From positions 13,961 through 77,960 of the forward strand of contig CANILH010000003.1 of assembly GCA_947468665.1 (NCBI GenBank): a DNA stretch of 64,000 nt, read 5' to 3'. Below are positions 44,709 through 55,115 of this stretch, piece after piece. The position numbers and the translations under genes are program-made. The notes under the pieces are model-generated. The model saw nothing but the letters and a program-made list of their open reading frames with translations. It was not told where the DNA came from and ran no database searches. Source of the DNA: Oligoflexales bacterium. GTDB lineage: Bacteria > Bdellovibrionota_B > Oligoflexia > Oligoflexales > RGVZ01. Positions within the stretch are counted from its first letter, which is position 1; the number at the start of each line of letters is the position of its first letter.

Positions 44709-47700
44709 TCACCCGCCTTTCCGCTAACTGCCTGAATAAGAGGTGATGAAACCTCACTGCTTATGAAGTCTGGCATCAAAGCGACATCCTCAAAACTTAG
44801 TTTCTGACCTGATATTCTAGCCAGCCCGGAAACTGATCTGCCAGCCCACTCGTTATAAACCGAGTATTTACTGATCGAATCTACAGCGAACTGGTAATAT
44901 TTTTTCGCCTCCACGCGGGCAGCCTGAACCTGTGGTGCCAGCTCTTTTTTTACATCCTCGATACTCGCCCCTGCAATGCCAGGTGGATTATCGAGATCAT
45001 TGGCCAAAAGCTCCCGCGCGTAACCCATCTGATACAGCGCAGCGACACCCCAGTAAGCGTCTTTCGTTGCAAGCACCTCGTTATAAGACTTGTCGACTGT
45101 GGGAATGGCTCCCGCTTTCTTTTGAATTGAGGCGGCGAGGTTGTCAACGGTCCCTCCAACAAGCTTTGTCGCCGCGAACCGCGGCATAATGGTATTGGCG
45201 TTGTTAAACACCAGCTCACCAACATAGCGACTGGCCTCAGCCCCGACTTTTCCACCAGCTTTCCGGTACGAACCCATCATCTCCTGAGCAGCCTGCTGCC
45301 CCGCGGCGCCCTTGCCATTAGAGGCATTGTAAATCCTGTGGAACGCGATAACGCGCTCCTCTGGAGAAACGTTAAACTTCAGATAGGCCTGCGAAATCAG
45401 CTGCTGCATCCGTGAATAATTTTTGGAGTACTCAGCTTCACGCACCATGCGGTCAATGAAGCCCTTCGCGCCCTCGGGATCAGTCTTGGCAAGAGTCATA
45501 CAAGTTGAGAGCGCCTTTTCATCGGCCATCGCAACCTGCAGTTCGCAGGCTCGGCCGACAGCCGGCAATGATGATTTGTCTTTAGGGAATCGCTGAGCGT
45601 ACGCCAGATAGTAACTGGCCGCTGTCGTGAACTCGAGCCGCTTGTCGGTCAATTTTGCCAGCTGAAGCAACGACTCTTGATACCCCTCAGACTTGGGATA
45701 AGTTTTAACGACCACGGCGTAAGCGCCGATACCGGCCGCGATCATGCCGGCCTTAACGTAATCCACGCCGGCGTTGTACATAAGCTTATCGGCGTCAGGA
45801 GAGTTTGGATGCTTTTTGGCCTGATCCTCGTATGCCTTGGCCCGCTTACCGCCATCTGAGATTTTCTTGATTTCATCGATTTCCGCACCGCGTCTAAGCT
45901 CGCGAAGCTTGTCACCAAGCTTCCCTTTTTGGTAGGCGGGAATTTTCAGGAGCGCATCAGCGATCTGAACCAGCGACTTAGTGTCACCGCTATAGAGCGG
46001 AATCAGCCACTCCACCGCTTCCGGGCCGATCTTCTCATTAGGGTACTTTTGGGCGATGTTGTAGAGAAGTTTTTTGGATTTATCTTTATCAGCGGTCCGG
46101 TAATAAATCGCCGTTGCGTAGATATCACATTCTTTGCCGGACTTTTTGTCGTCCGCATACCATTTCCCGTATTCGCTACAAGCCTGAACATAGGCCGTCG
46201 CGCGTGGTGAAAGTGGTCTGGCTGCCTTGCTGAAATCTGGCGTAAGTTTTAGTAAAACCTTATATTCCGGCTCAAAATCAAGACCATAGCTGTCCAGCAT
46301 GTACCGAGCCGCGTCCCTGTGAAGGCTGACGACTTTATTTCCTGGCTGAATGATCTGGACGGCCTTGTCTTTACCAAGGGCCGCGACCTCAAAATAAAGC
46401 TTCCCTGCCTCACGATATTTCTTCTGGGCGAAGAGAATGTCGGCCATGTTGAATTTGACCTCAGGCATTTCTTTGGAGTTCGGATAATACTTCAAGAACA
46501 GCGTGTAGACACGTAGAGACTCTGCGTAAGTGCCGTCATTATCGTCTTTTTGCCCGGTTTTATGCAGAACTTTCGCGTAATAAATAATGGTGTCTTTTAT
46601 TTTTATCTGGACTCCGTCAATTAGTACCTGATCACCCTTGTTGGCCGTGACCCAAGCGCTGCCTGGTCCGTAAGTTTTTGGATAGGCTTCGAGTTCCTTG
46701 AACATGTCCCCAAATTTATTGAGGTCAAAGTAAAGTGAAATGATGTCCTTCTGCGTGTCCGGTGTATCCGCAGCGGTCGGATATAATCCCTGATAACGCT
46801 TATAGACCCGTACGGCCTCGTTAAACTTACCGGCGTCAACCAGCGCGCCACCAAGCTGATTCAGGAACTTCCCGATATACTTCTCCCCGCCGTGCTGACG
46901 GTAATAAGTTATAGCTTCCTCAACCTGTTTGATTTCCACCCAAGCGAAAACCATATCTTTCAGGCCTTCTTCTTTCAGCTGGTCGGACCCCTTCTGTTTA
47001 TTGGATGTGGCCACATCAACTGTTTTTTTCCAGTAAGCAAGGGACTCCGGGTAATTTCCGAGGTTATATGAGCACCAACCAAGCTTGAAGAGTGACCAGC
47101 CGAACCCGCGGCTGGTCTTATAGCGAAGTGCTTGTTTGTAGTTATTGGTCGCGTTGCGGTAATCGTGTTTCTCAAAAAAGAAATCTCCCAACTGGAAATA
47201 GGCCTCACCGGCTTTATTGCTATTGGGATATTTCTGAATCAAGTCACTGTATACCCGGGCGCTCTCCTTATCCTGGCCGAGATACTGCAACGCCAGACCC
47301 TGATTGAACATCAGGCCGTCGGCGTTTTTAGTGTTAGGAAACTGTTTCATCACATAAGCGGATTTCGACGCCACTTGCTTCCACACACCTTTGGACGTGT
47401 TGTTATTGACCTGGGGAGAGTTTCCTTTACGCCCGGCACGCTCCCACGCGGTGTAGGCCTGATCGTAGCGACGAAACTCAGTATTTGCCTCGTAGACGGC
47501 GTTCTCCAAATATAGATTTACAAGACGCTCTAACATTTGAAGCCTGGCTGACGACTTGGGGGGCAGAGTTTTTTCGGTGCGCTCATAAAACGCGATGGTT
47601 TTTTTAATTTCCACCGACAGTTTACCCTCTGTCGCGACAACAAACGCCTCTCCACGGCCCATACTTGGGCCAGAGGCCTTCGCTGCTTCGCCTTTTTCGC

Positions 47701-47863
47701 GTTTTTCCACCTTAACGCTATTGAGATTGACCTCATGGTGATCCTTCTTACGGGCATCCTCATTCGCGGCATACGCCGCGGGCGCAGCAAGGCCAGCGAC
47801 CAGCATCAATCCGAGTGAGAAATTATTTAAGGACATTCCATTCCCTCTCATGTGATTTTGCAT
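44705..47863 (-). CDS. very large TPR-repeat periplasmic protein (GltD/AgmU-like)
   Basis: 1052 aa. Signal peptide LMLVAGLAAPAAYA. Repeated TPR signatures throughout (YPNSNKAGEAYFQLGDFFFEKHDYRNATNNYKQAL, etc.). Confidence 0.65.
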   Translation of the reverse strand: MQNHMRGNGMSLNNFSLGLMLVAGLAAPAAYAANEDARKKDHHEVNLNSVKVEKREKGEAAKASGPSMGRGEAFVVATEGKLSVEIKKTIAFYERTEKTLPPKSSARLQMLERLVNLYLENAVYEANTEFRRYDQAYTAWERAGRKGNSPQVNNNTSKGVWKQVASKSAYVMKQFPNTKNADGLMFNQGLALQYLGQDKESARVYSDLIQKYPNSNKAGEAYFQLGDFFFEKHDYRNATNNYKQALRYKTSRGFGWSLFKLGWCSYNLGNYPESLAYWKKTVDVATSNKQKGSDQLKEEGLKDMVFAWVEIKQVEEAITYYRQHGGEKYIGKFLNQLGGALVDAGKFNEAVRVYKRYQGLYPTAADTPDTQKDIISLYFDLNKFGDMFKELEAYPKTYGPGSAWVTANKGDQVLIDGVQIKIKDTIIYYAKVLHKTGQKDDNDGTYAESLRVYTLFLKYYPNSKEMPEVKFNMADILFAQKKYREAGKLYFEVAALGKDKAVQIIQPGNKVVSLHRDAARYMLDSYGLDFEPEYKVLLKLTPDFSKAARPLSPRATAYVQACSEYGKWYADDKKSGKECDIYATAIYYRTADKDKSKKLLYNIAQKYPNEKIGPEAVEWLIPLYSGDTKSLVQIADALLKIPAYQKGKLGDKLRELRRGAEIDEIKKISDGGKRAKAYEDQAKKHPNSPDADKLMYNAGVDYVKAGMIAAGIGAYAVVVKTYPKSEGYQESLLQLAKLTDKRLEFTTAASYYLAYAQRFPKDKSSLPAVGRACELQVAMADEKALSTCMTLAKTDPEGAKGFIDRMVREAEYSKNYSRMQQLISQAYLKFNVSPEERVIAFHRIYNASNGKGAAGQQAAQEMMGSYRKAGGKVGAEASRYVGELVFNNANTIMPRFAATKLVGGTVDNLAASIQKKAGAIPTVDKSYNEVLATKDAYWGVAALYQMGYARELLANDLDNPPGIAGASIEDVKKELAPQVQAARVEAKKYYQFAVDSISKYSVYNEWAGRSVSGLARISGQKLSFEDVALMPDFISSEVSSPLIQAVSGKAGE

Positions 47864-47899
47864 CCCTCCTGGGGCGCGTCGGAAAATAAAGCGTTAAGT

Positions 47900-49468
47900 T
47901 TATTTTTTCGCGGCACCGGGCTTATTCCCCGGCATATTACATTTGTCGTCGAGGTTATAGACGTAATAACCCAGCTCATCTTCCCAATACTCACCCTGGA
48001 ATGGCCAGTACTCAAGCTGTTGATCGATCTGGAGAGGTTGCAGACCACCAATAAAAACTTTGCGGTCATTAGCCTGAGTCACGTTCAGGCTCCGACGGAT
48101 CGTGTCAACCCGCCCCTCGAACATATCCGCTTGAATTAGTTTTGTCTGATTGGAGAGAGTTCTCAGATACTCTAGTGAGGCGGCCGCCTGATCAAACAGT
48201 TTGTCTCCGGAGTCGGCTTTCGCGACCTGTTTCTTTTTTGAGAGGAAATCCTTTAGATCCTCGGTCAACCCCGAACTCCCCCATTTACCACCTATTCCAC
48301 TCAGGCGCGCAATTTCAGCATCAGAATAACGAACCGCGCGGGCCGACTCCTTGTATGCGTCCGAGCGACTAAGGGCGTCGAGAATGGACCATGCGCTCCG
48401 GAATGAGTTCAGATTACCGTTGCGGTAGTCATAAACAAGTCTGAACATTTCGCTTTTTTTGCCTTTATATTCCGTTAGAAGGCCTGAAATATCCTTAAAT
48501 ACCGGTTTATATCGATCACGGAATTTTTCAAGGCTCGCCTGGACCTCATCATAGCGACAAAGGCGCAAATAGGTAATCGCCTGCAGAATATAGCTCTCCG
48601 GAAAAAACCTGTTCTCGAAAAACGGTGAGTGCAACGTGTGAATATTTCCCAACACGTTGTTATGTTTTGTCATCAAAAAGAACGCCCATCCGGACTCAAA
48701 AATCGCCTCAAGCCAGTTATCAGATTCTCTGGGGATCTGCGCATAAAACTGCAAAGACTGGCTGAAATTTTTAGTCTCGTAATGGACACGGGCGATATTC
48801 AGGTTCGCCTGCTCACGGACCCACTCATCGGCTCCCGACGCGCCACGGGTGGCCTCAAAATAGCTGATTGCGCGGCTGTGCGCTCCCGCCCTATTGGCGA
48901 TCACACCAAGGTGAAATTGCGCCTTCGCGAAGTATGAGCTCCCGGACGGCACCCGTTTAAAAAAATCGGCAGCTTTCTCAAATTTCTGCTGCTCAAATGA
49001 CTCCGCACCCAGGTAATAGAAATAAAACCCACGAGCGGCCCCGGGAATATTCTCGGGCGCGACATTAGATCCACGCACAAGCTGAACGATATGTGATTGA
49101 CCTAGGGCAGCGGTATTATTGATCGTACCCAGCTCCTCAAGAGCTCTCCGGAAATAGGGATTGCCGGGTCCTGGCCCCCTGCGGACGACCTGTGAGAAGT
49201 ATTTTGATGCCGAGTAATAAAACCCTAACGACTGAAGGCTTTTGCCAAGGCCCCACTCGGAATAGATCTTCTCCTGGGCCGATTTTGGTGAAGAGTACGA
49301 CTGAAAATACTCCCCAGCGGCGCCAACGTAATCACGGCGCGCCATGAGTTGCTGGCCCGCCTGATAATTCGCCATGCCAGCCGTGGACATCAAGCTTACC
49401 TGAGCCGCGACAGCGGCCGCTACGAGTCTGAATTTTTTATGTGCTGAGATATTCATCGCGCCCCTCAC
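47900..49468 (-). CDS. TPR-repeat periplasmic protein (GltE/GltC-like)
   Basis: 522 aa with a signal peptide. TPR-like repeats (YVGAAGEYFQSYS..., FEKAADFFKRVPSGSSYFAKAQFHLGV...). 4-bp overlap with the upstream barrel gene. Confidence 0.6.
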   Translation of the reverse strand: MRGAMNISAHKKFRLVAAAVAAQVSLMSTAGMANYQAGQQLMARRDYVGAAGEYFQSYSSPKSAQEKIYSEWGLGKSLQSLGFYYSASKYFSQVVRRGPGPGNPYFRRALEELGTINNTAALGQSHIVQLVRGSNVAPENIPGAARGFYFYYLGAESFEQQKFEKAADFFKRVPSGSSYFAKAQFHLGVIANRAGAHSRAISYFEATRGASGADEWVREQANLNIARVHYETKNFSQSLQFYAQIPRESDNWLEAIFESGWAFFLMTKHNNVLGNIHTLHSPFFENRFFPESYILQAITYLRLCRYDEVQASLEKFRDRYKPVFKDISGLLTEYKGKKSEMFRLVYDYRNGNLNSFRSAWSILDALSRSDAYKESARAVRYSDAEIARLSGIGGKWGSSGLTEDLKDFLSKKKQVAKADSGDKLFDQAAASLEYLRTLSNQTKLIQADMFEGRVDTIRRSLNVTQANDRKVFIGGLQPLQIDQQLEYWPFQGEYWEDELGYYVYNLDDKCNMPGNKPGAAKK

Positions 49469-50214
49469 ATGAAATATCCAGCGCCGAGCTGCATGGTAAT
49501 GTTGGTCTGTGTATTGCTGGTTTTGTCGGCTGTCGTTGGGACACAGGCCCCATCTGCCATATTGTACGCGAAAATGTGCGCTCGGACATCCCAGCGTAAA
49601 CTCAGCTTTTTGTCCATAAACACACGCTGCCCAACGCCCCCGAAAAATGTCGGATAAGACTTGGTCTGCGGAGATGGGGGCGGATCGATAGTAACATCAG
49701 CGGCGTCACCGGGCTTCGGACAATGGTCGTAGAGGTAATTGACCCCTGTCAAACCAACTCCACCCGATAGGAACATATCAATATAAATAAGTTGTCCCGA
49801 TGTCAGTTGATATTTTCCATATATAGGAGTGTAGAGCGCACCGCCCTCCATGAAATACTGGGTGCGGAGAATTTGCGTTTTAATTTTAAAATTTGAGTCG
49901 AGCGCTCGTTTGTCATCTTTATCAATTGAAAACCCATAAGCCAGAGCGCCTTCCATGGCCAGTGTCTCACTAAAATGGTAGTCGAGTATTCCAGTCGCGA
50001 GGTACGTGTAAATAAACGGTTGGTTCATTACAACGCTCAGCTGGGCGCCCGTCTCAAGACGTCCCGTCTTAGTGAAGTATTTGGGGCGGATAACCCTGAT
50101 CTCATACTTATCAAACTGCTCCGCGGCGACGGCGGTCGTGGCGGATAGAACAAGACTCACAGCCGTAACAGCCGCCATTAATTTTGACATTAGATAAGGC
50201 GCGAGTCGGGTCAT
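49465..50214 (-). CDS. small outer-membrane beta-barrel protein (GltA/GltB-like)
   Basis: 249 aa. Signal peptide AVSLVLSATTAVAAEQ. Alternating hydrophobic beta-strand pattern ending QLGAGYFM. 2-bp gap to the upstream ExbD-like gene. Confidence 0.55.
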   Translation of the reverse strand: MTRLAPYLMSKLMAAVTAVSLVLSATTAVAAEQFDKYEIRVIRPKYFTKTGRLETGAQLSVVMNQPFIYTYLATGILDYHFSETLAMEGALAYGFSIDKDDKRALDSNFKIKTQILRTQYFMEGGALYTPIYGKYQLTSGQLIYIDMFLSGGVGLTGVNYLYDHCPKPGDAADVTIDPPPSPQTKSYPTFFGGVGQRVFMDKKLSLRWDVRAHIFAYNMADGACVPTTADKTSNTQTNITMQLGAGYFM

Positions 50215-50216
50215 AA

Positions 50217-50723
50217 TCAGTGTAGTTCCTTTTGAACCATTAGCTTAAACTGCACAAATTCAGCCTGCTGGGCGGAAAGCATAATCCGCTTCATCAGTTT
50301 GAATCGATGCCCCTTGTCCATCTCCATGGTCAGCGCGCCGGTACTGCCTTTGGCGTTTGGGTCATCCGTTCTTATGTTTTTGCTGAGTCGTTTAGTCGCG
50401 TCGGCGAGCTTTTTAAGCTCATCAAAAACAGGATAAATCGCCCCCTGGGTACGCTCTTTCTCAGGAACATCGCCGGCCTGAATATCAGCGACTTTTTTGT
50501 CATTAACCCTGATCTCGGTCTTCGTAACGACAATGGTAGGGACCTCATCAAGGGCTACAATAGTGCTGGATTCAGGTAGTTCAACCCCGGCGTCCACGTC
50601 GTGAGAAACCGGATCACTGGAGAAACTCATCAAAAGAAAACATATGAGAATCGAGAAAATATCGAGCATCGGGTACAAGTTAAGAGTCAGGGTGTCTTTA
50701 CTGCTGCCGCCTACACTTGCCAT
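50217..50723 (-). CDS. ExbD/TolR-family protein (AglS/AglQ-like)
   Basis: 168 aa. Family N-terminal TM motif LNLYPMLDIFSILICFLLMSF, followed by a periplasmic alpha/beta domain. Confidence 0.8.
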   Translation of the reverse strand: MASVGGSSKDTLTLNLYPMLDIFSILICFLLMSFSSDPVSHDVDAGVELPESSTIVALDEVPTIVVTKTEIRVNDKKVADIQAGDVPEKERTQGAIYPVFDELKKLADATKRLSKNIRTDDPNAKGSTGALTMEMDKGHRFKLMKRIMLSAQQAEFVQFKLMVQKELH

Positions 50724-50784
50724 ATCTCACTCCTAAGACTTACTCGATATCATTACTGTCAATTCCACCGTCCAAGAATCGCGA

Positions 50785-51387
50785 TTACTTCAGCATCACG
50801 CTTCCCATGACGATCTTTGGATAGAGAAATGTCTTCGCGTCCAACTCAGCCCTATCCTTGTTTTTCGCATCCTTTACCGGTGGGAAAACCGGGTCACTCT
50901 CAATCCGGAGCATGACCGAGTCAAGGACTGCGGAAAGCGACTCCCAATTCACGTCATCGTCGCTATAAACAGTTGCCTTATCGGTATCCGCGTTTTTCTT
51001 TCTTACATCAGAAAGCTTCTGATGCAAAAGCTTCCTCCCTTCGGGATTATTTGGGAACGGAAATTTCTGAAGCTGTTCCGGAGGCCTTGTATAAGACGTC
51101 TGAACTTCAACTTGGTCCTTGGTCACGTCAACACTCAATTGAAACACACGACTGTCTTTTGGGTCATCTGGCGGCGGGGAGTTGGAAAGAAACGGAATCT
51201 GGACTTCCAGCACACCCACGGACAAAAATACCGCTGTAAACAGCAGGAACGTGTTCAACATCGAAAAGATATCGATGAACGGCATGATGTTCAGCTCGAT
51301 TTCTTTATAATCTATCCTATGTCTTTTCTTTTTCCTGGACACTGAGTCGTCCTCCGGTGAAATACCCTCCGCGCGCTCAAAAAACAC
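50785..51387 (-). CDS. ExbD/TolR-family protein, second copy (AglQ/AglS-like)
   Basis: 200 aa. Motif IELNIMPFIDIFSMLNTFLLFTAVF. Confidence 0.75.
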   Translation of the reverse strand: MFFERAEGISPEDDSVSRKKKRHRIDYKEIELNIMPFIDIFSMLNTFLLFTAVFLSVGVLEVQIPFLSNSPPPDDPKDSRVFQLSVDVTKDQVEVQTSYTRPPEQLQKFPFPNNPEGRKLLHQKLSDVRKKNADTDKATVYSDDDVNWESLSAVLDSVMLRIESDPVFPPVKDAKNKDRAELDAKTFLYPKIVMGSVMLK

Positions 51388-51455
51388 GGAAGGGCTTCAG
51401 CAAATCCAACAATTCACGGGAACTCGCGATGCGACGCGACGCCCACTAGCACATC

Positions 51456-52121
51456 TCACTCAGCGCGGTCAGAACCACCACGGTGAATTTTCATTTTGCG
51501 GTTATAGAGCATATGAAGAAGACGCGCCGCGTTGGCGTTGATGTCATCAACAATAGAGGTCTGCTTTGTCATAAGAATACCGTACGACAGCAGAATCACA
51601 AGCGCTGTACCAAGACCGAAAGATGTCGCTACAAGAGCTTCCGCGATACCCTCGGCGAGGAGCGTCTGCTTCTGAGCACCAGTGGCATTGGCGACAGCAG
51701 CGAACGATCTCATCAGACCAAAAAGCGTACCGAGAAGTCCGCACAGTGTTGCCACGTTAGCGGTCGTACCAAGAAATCCAGTACGCATTGTTACTTTCGG
51801 AATCGCTTCAAGGGTCGCGAACTCCATAGCAAGTTCGATTTCCTCAACGGAATCATTCGCGCGCATCAGACCTTGTACCAAAACTTCAGGGAGAAGTTTG
51901 GGCTTCGCGCGGCGGCAAAGACGAATCGCGTTCTCTATCGAGTTATTCATGACCATTTTTTGAATATTACTCATAAATACAGCGCTATTCGCCAGGTCAT
52001 ATTGCACCCAGTAGCGGAAGACGCGCTCAATAATGAGCGCCAATGAAATAACTGCGGTCAACGAAATGGCCGCCATAACTGGGGCTCCGCCCTGATGAAA
52101 CAACTGTTGGATTTTCTCCAT
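51456..52121 (-). CDS. MotA/TolQ/ExbB-family proton channel (AglR-like)
   Basis: 221 aa. Three TM helices with the conserved C-terminal block LCGLLGTLFGLMRSF...LAEGIAEALVATSFGLGTALVILLSY. Confidence 0.9.
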   Translation of the reverse strand: MEKIQQLFHQGGAPVMAAISLTAVISLALIIERVFRYWVQYDLANSAVFMSNIQKMVMNNSIENAIRLCRRAKPKLLPEVLVQGLMRANDSVEEIELAMEFATLEAIPKVTMRTGFLGTTANVATLCGLLGTLFGLMRSFAAVANATGAQKQTLLAEGIAEALVATSFGLGTALVILLSYGILMTKQTSIVDDINANAARLLHMLYNRKMKIHRGGSDRAE

Positions 52122-52363
52122 GATTCCGTCTCCTAAAATCGAGCCAAATTTGCTAATGCGTGGCTTTTACTGATATTTTACGGATCAGAGGGCACTGCTG
52201 TCAACGTTGGCTGAAATATTTCGCCGAGGGGTGGAATTCTAGCCAAGTCTGGTTTAGACTGGTGCGATAATGAACCGATAACGTTGAATTTTTGTGCAGA
52301 TTGAATTTAATTACCAATGTTTTCTCATCCTGAGGCAGTACCGTAACGGGAGAAGTGGCATTC

Positions 52364-52849
52364 ATGAAACACAGTCAGTCAGATAATGAGCTTCCAGTAT
52401 TCTTCACCAAGCACAGGGAGTTGCTGGCGTGGGCGCGTAAAAACGCGCTCTGGCCCTACCCCTTCGGCACAGCATGCTGTGGAATCGAGTATATGTCCGT
52501 TGTTGGACCTAAGTACGATATCGCGCGCTTTGGCGCTGAGGTTGTTCGCTTCTCACCGAGACAGGCAGACTTGATGATCGTAGCCGGCACGATTACCGAG
52601 AAGATGGCGCCAGTAATTAAAAAGGTTTACGACCAAATGGCGGAGCCCAAATGGGTGATGGCTATGGGTGCCTGTGCGTCCAGCGGTGGGTTTTACCGGG
52701 CGTACCACGTGCTTCAAGGGGTTGATCGCATCATTCCCGTTGATGTCTACGTCGCCGGGTGCCCTCCAACACCAGAAGCAGTCATAGCGGGGCTCATGAT
52801 CCTGCAGGATAAAATCTCGGCTGACGCCAAAAAACCAGTTGGAGTCTGA
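52364..52849 (+). CDS. nuoB: NADH:quinone oxidoreductase subunit B-like protein (NuoB/NQO6 family), solitary
   Basis: All four N2-cluster Cys contexts are present: [20 protein letters not shown] and [13 protein letters not shown] at 52364 has GGGAGA 10 nt upstream. No nuoA, nuoC or nuoD is on either side. Confidence 0.85.
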   Translation: MKHSQSDNELPVFFTKHRELLAWARKNALWPYPFGTACCGIEYMSVVGPKYDIARFGAEVVRFSPRQADLMIVAGTITEKMAPVIKKVYDQMAEPKWVMAMGACASSGGFYRAYHVLQGVDRIIPVDVYVAGCPPTPEAVIAGLMILQDKISADAKKPVGV

Positions 52850-52856
52850 GGCTACG

Positions 52857-53828
52857 ATGCCGACCACACGGCCTACTATTATATTCGCTGAAATACCCGG
52901 AAGAAAATCCCTCGGATCGGCCGCGGCGATTATGGTCGCCGCGAATGGCTGGAACATGATTTGCGTGTCGGGCGTGTCACAGGCGCGGGAATCCCTTAAT
53001 TCCGTTAAGAACATCAAAGCTATTGTCACCAATGAGCCCAGCCAGGAGCTATTTGATGCCGCGCGTAAATCATCGGATCAAATCATAACGATCTTGGTGA
53101 CAGATATGCCGATTCAGCAATACTGCGCAGCCTTGGGAGATAATGATTTACTGCTTTTGGATCATGTGGTCGCGAACTTTGACTCTGACTGGGCCGCGTC
53201 TGATCTCGCGATAACCCTTCAAAAAATCATCCGCAAGGATCTCTTTGGCATTGAGAAATATCTCAGTCCGGGAACGACCATTCAGACCAGAACCATCAAA
53301 GGCTCCTCGGCCAGGGACCCCACAAATAAAGAAGTCCAGGAGTGGGCTGAGTCCTGCGGCTTGGGTAAAAACATAGCGCGCCTGGCATACGGAATCAGTG
53401 AGGAACTCCTCATGAATGCAATCTATGACGCACCTGTCGCGGGGGGGCGAACTCACTACGAGGCCATGGACCGCCATGCGCCCAGGGAATTGGCACCCGA
53501 GGACTGGCCCACCCTTAGATTCGGTGTAGATGACCGCTTATTTGCCATTTCGATCACAGATCCATTCGGGGCATTTTTGCGGGAGCGCTGGTTTACCTAC
53601 CTCCGTAAGGCCCTGAAACGCAATGATTCGGAGTCTTTGATTGACACTAAAAAAGGCGGAGCGGGTCTTGGTTTGTTTAAAATGCTTTACAGCAGCCATG
53701 GGGTAGTCTGTAATGTCAATCCTGGGAAAACCACTGAAGTTATTATATTGATCTCGTTCCAGCACCCGATTCGTGATTTTATTCATACGCCCAGATCAAT
53801 CCATTACTTCAATGCGTCGTCCCACTGA
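52857..53828 (+). CDS. pseudo-receiver + GHKL-type ATPase (anti-sigma-kinase-like) protein
   Basis: The N-terminal ~120 aa is receiver-like (TIIFAEIPG...KAIVTNEP...ITILVTD) but has Asn where the phospho-Asp is expected. C-terminal N-box-like ISEELLMNAIYDA, G1-like ISITDPFGAF and G2-like KKGGAGLGLFKM. 7-bp gap after nuoB. Confidence 0.5.
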   Translation: MPTTRPTIIFAEIPGRKSLGSAAAIMVAANGWNMICVSGVSQARESLNSVKNIKAIVTNEPSQELFDAARKSSDQIITILVTDMPIQQYCAALGDNDLLLLDHVVANFDSDWAASDLAITLQKIIRKDLFGIEKYLSPGTTIQTRTIKGSSARDPTNKEVQEWAESCGLGKNIARLAYGISEELLMNAIYDAPVAGGRTHYEAMDRHAPRELAPEDWPTLRFGVDDRLFAISITDPFGAFLRERWFTYLRKALKRNDSESLIDTKKGGAGLGLFKMLYSSHGVVCNVNPGKTTEVIILISFQHPIRDFIHTPRSIHYFNASSH

Positions 53829-53884
53829 TCCATTTTTTCAACAGGTTATAACGAACCGTTTTTTTAAATCAGGGAGTGAGTCAC

Positions 53885-55111
53885 ATGGCAAAGATTAAAG
53901 TCAAAAATCCAGTCGTAGAGATGGACGGCGATGAGATGACCCGCATCATTTGGTCAGAGATCAAGAGCAAGCTCATTCATCCTTTTCTTGAGATCGACAT
54001 AAAGTATTTCGATCTGGGCATGGAAAACCGCGATAAAACCGACGACAAAGTCACGATTGATGCGGCTGAGGCCATCAAGAAATACGACGTCGGCATCAAA
54101 TGCGCGACGATCACACCGGATGAGGCCCGCGTTAAAGAATTCAACCTCAAGAAAATGTGGAAAAGCCCCAACGGCACAATCCGTAATATTCTTGGCGGCA
54201 CCGTTTTCCGCGAGCCGATCATATGCACCAACGTTCCCCGGATTGTCCCAAACTGGAAAAAACCAATTGTCGTGGGACGTCACGCCCACGCGGATCAGTA
54301 TAAAGCGACTGACGTTCTGATTCCAGGCGCTGGAAAACTAAAAATGGTGTTTGAGCCAGCAGGCGGTGGCGCTGCTCAAACCTGGGAAGTCATGGACTTC
54401 AAAAGTCCTGGCATCGCTATGGGAATGTATAATACGGACGAGAGCATCGATGGCTTCGCGAGAAGCTGCTTCGTGTACGGCCTTAACCGTAAATACCCTG
54501 TCTATCTCTCCACAAAGAATACGATTCTTAAAGTCTACGATGGCCGTTTTAAAGATATTTTCCAGCAGGTTTTCGACAAGGAGTTCAAAGACCAGTTCGC
54601 CAAGGCGGGCATCACCTATGAGCACCGCCTGATCGATGATATGGTAGCTGCGGTTCTTAAGTGGGAAGGTGGAATCCTTTGGGCCTGTAAAAACTACGAT
54701 GGCGACGTACAGTCTGACACCGTTGCACAAGGTTTCGGCTCTCTTGGACTGATGACATCTGTTCTCTTGTGTCCAAATGGCCGCACAATTGAGACAGAGG
54801 CCGCTCACGGCACAGTGACCCGTCACTTCCGCGAGCATCAAAAAGGCAAATCAACATCCACCAACCCGATCGCGTCGATCTTCGCGTGGACACAGGGTCT
54901 CTCGCACCGTGGCAAACTTGACGGAACTCCTGAAGTCTCCGAGTTCGCCAAAAAGCTTGAGCAGGTCTGCGTAGAAACCGTTGAGGCCGGTCACATGACC
55001 AAAGACCTCGCCGTTTGTATCCATGGGAACACACCACCGGCGAGCAGCTATATGAACACGAATGATTTCCTTAGTAAGCTGGCTGAGAATCTTCAGAAGA
55101 AGATGAGATAA
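53885..55111 (+). CDS. icd: NADP-dependent isocitrate dehydrogenase, eukaryote-like (IDH1/2-type) homodimeric form
   Basis: About 408 aa. N-terminus [23 protein letters not shown]. Also KCATITPDE and [25 protein letters not shown] lies 8 nt upstream of the ATG at 53885. Confidence 0.9.
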   Translation: MAKIKVKNPVVEMDGDEMTRIIWSEIKSKLIHPFLEIDIKYFDLGMENRDKTDDKVTIDAAEAIKKYDVGIKCATITPDEARVKEFNLKKMWKSPNGTIRNILGGTVFREPIICTNVPRIVPNWKKPIVVGRHAHADQYKATDVLIPGAGKLKMVFEPAGGGAAQTWEVMDFKSPGIAMGMYNTDESIDGFARSCFVYGLNRKYPVYLSTKNTILKVYDGRFKDIFQQVFDKEFKDQFAKAGITYEHRLIDDMVAAVLKWEGGILWACKNYDGDVQSDTVAQGFGSLGLMTSVLLCPNGRTIETEAAHGTVTRHFREHQKGKSTSTNPIASIFAWTQGLSHRGKLDGTPEVSEFAKKLEQVCVETVEAGHMTKDLAVCIHGNTPPASSYMNTNDFLSKLAENLQKKMR

Positions 55112-55115
55112 GAAT

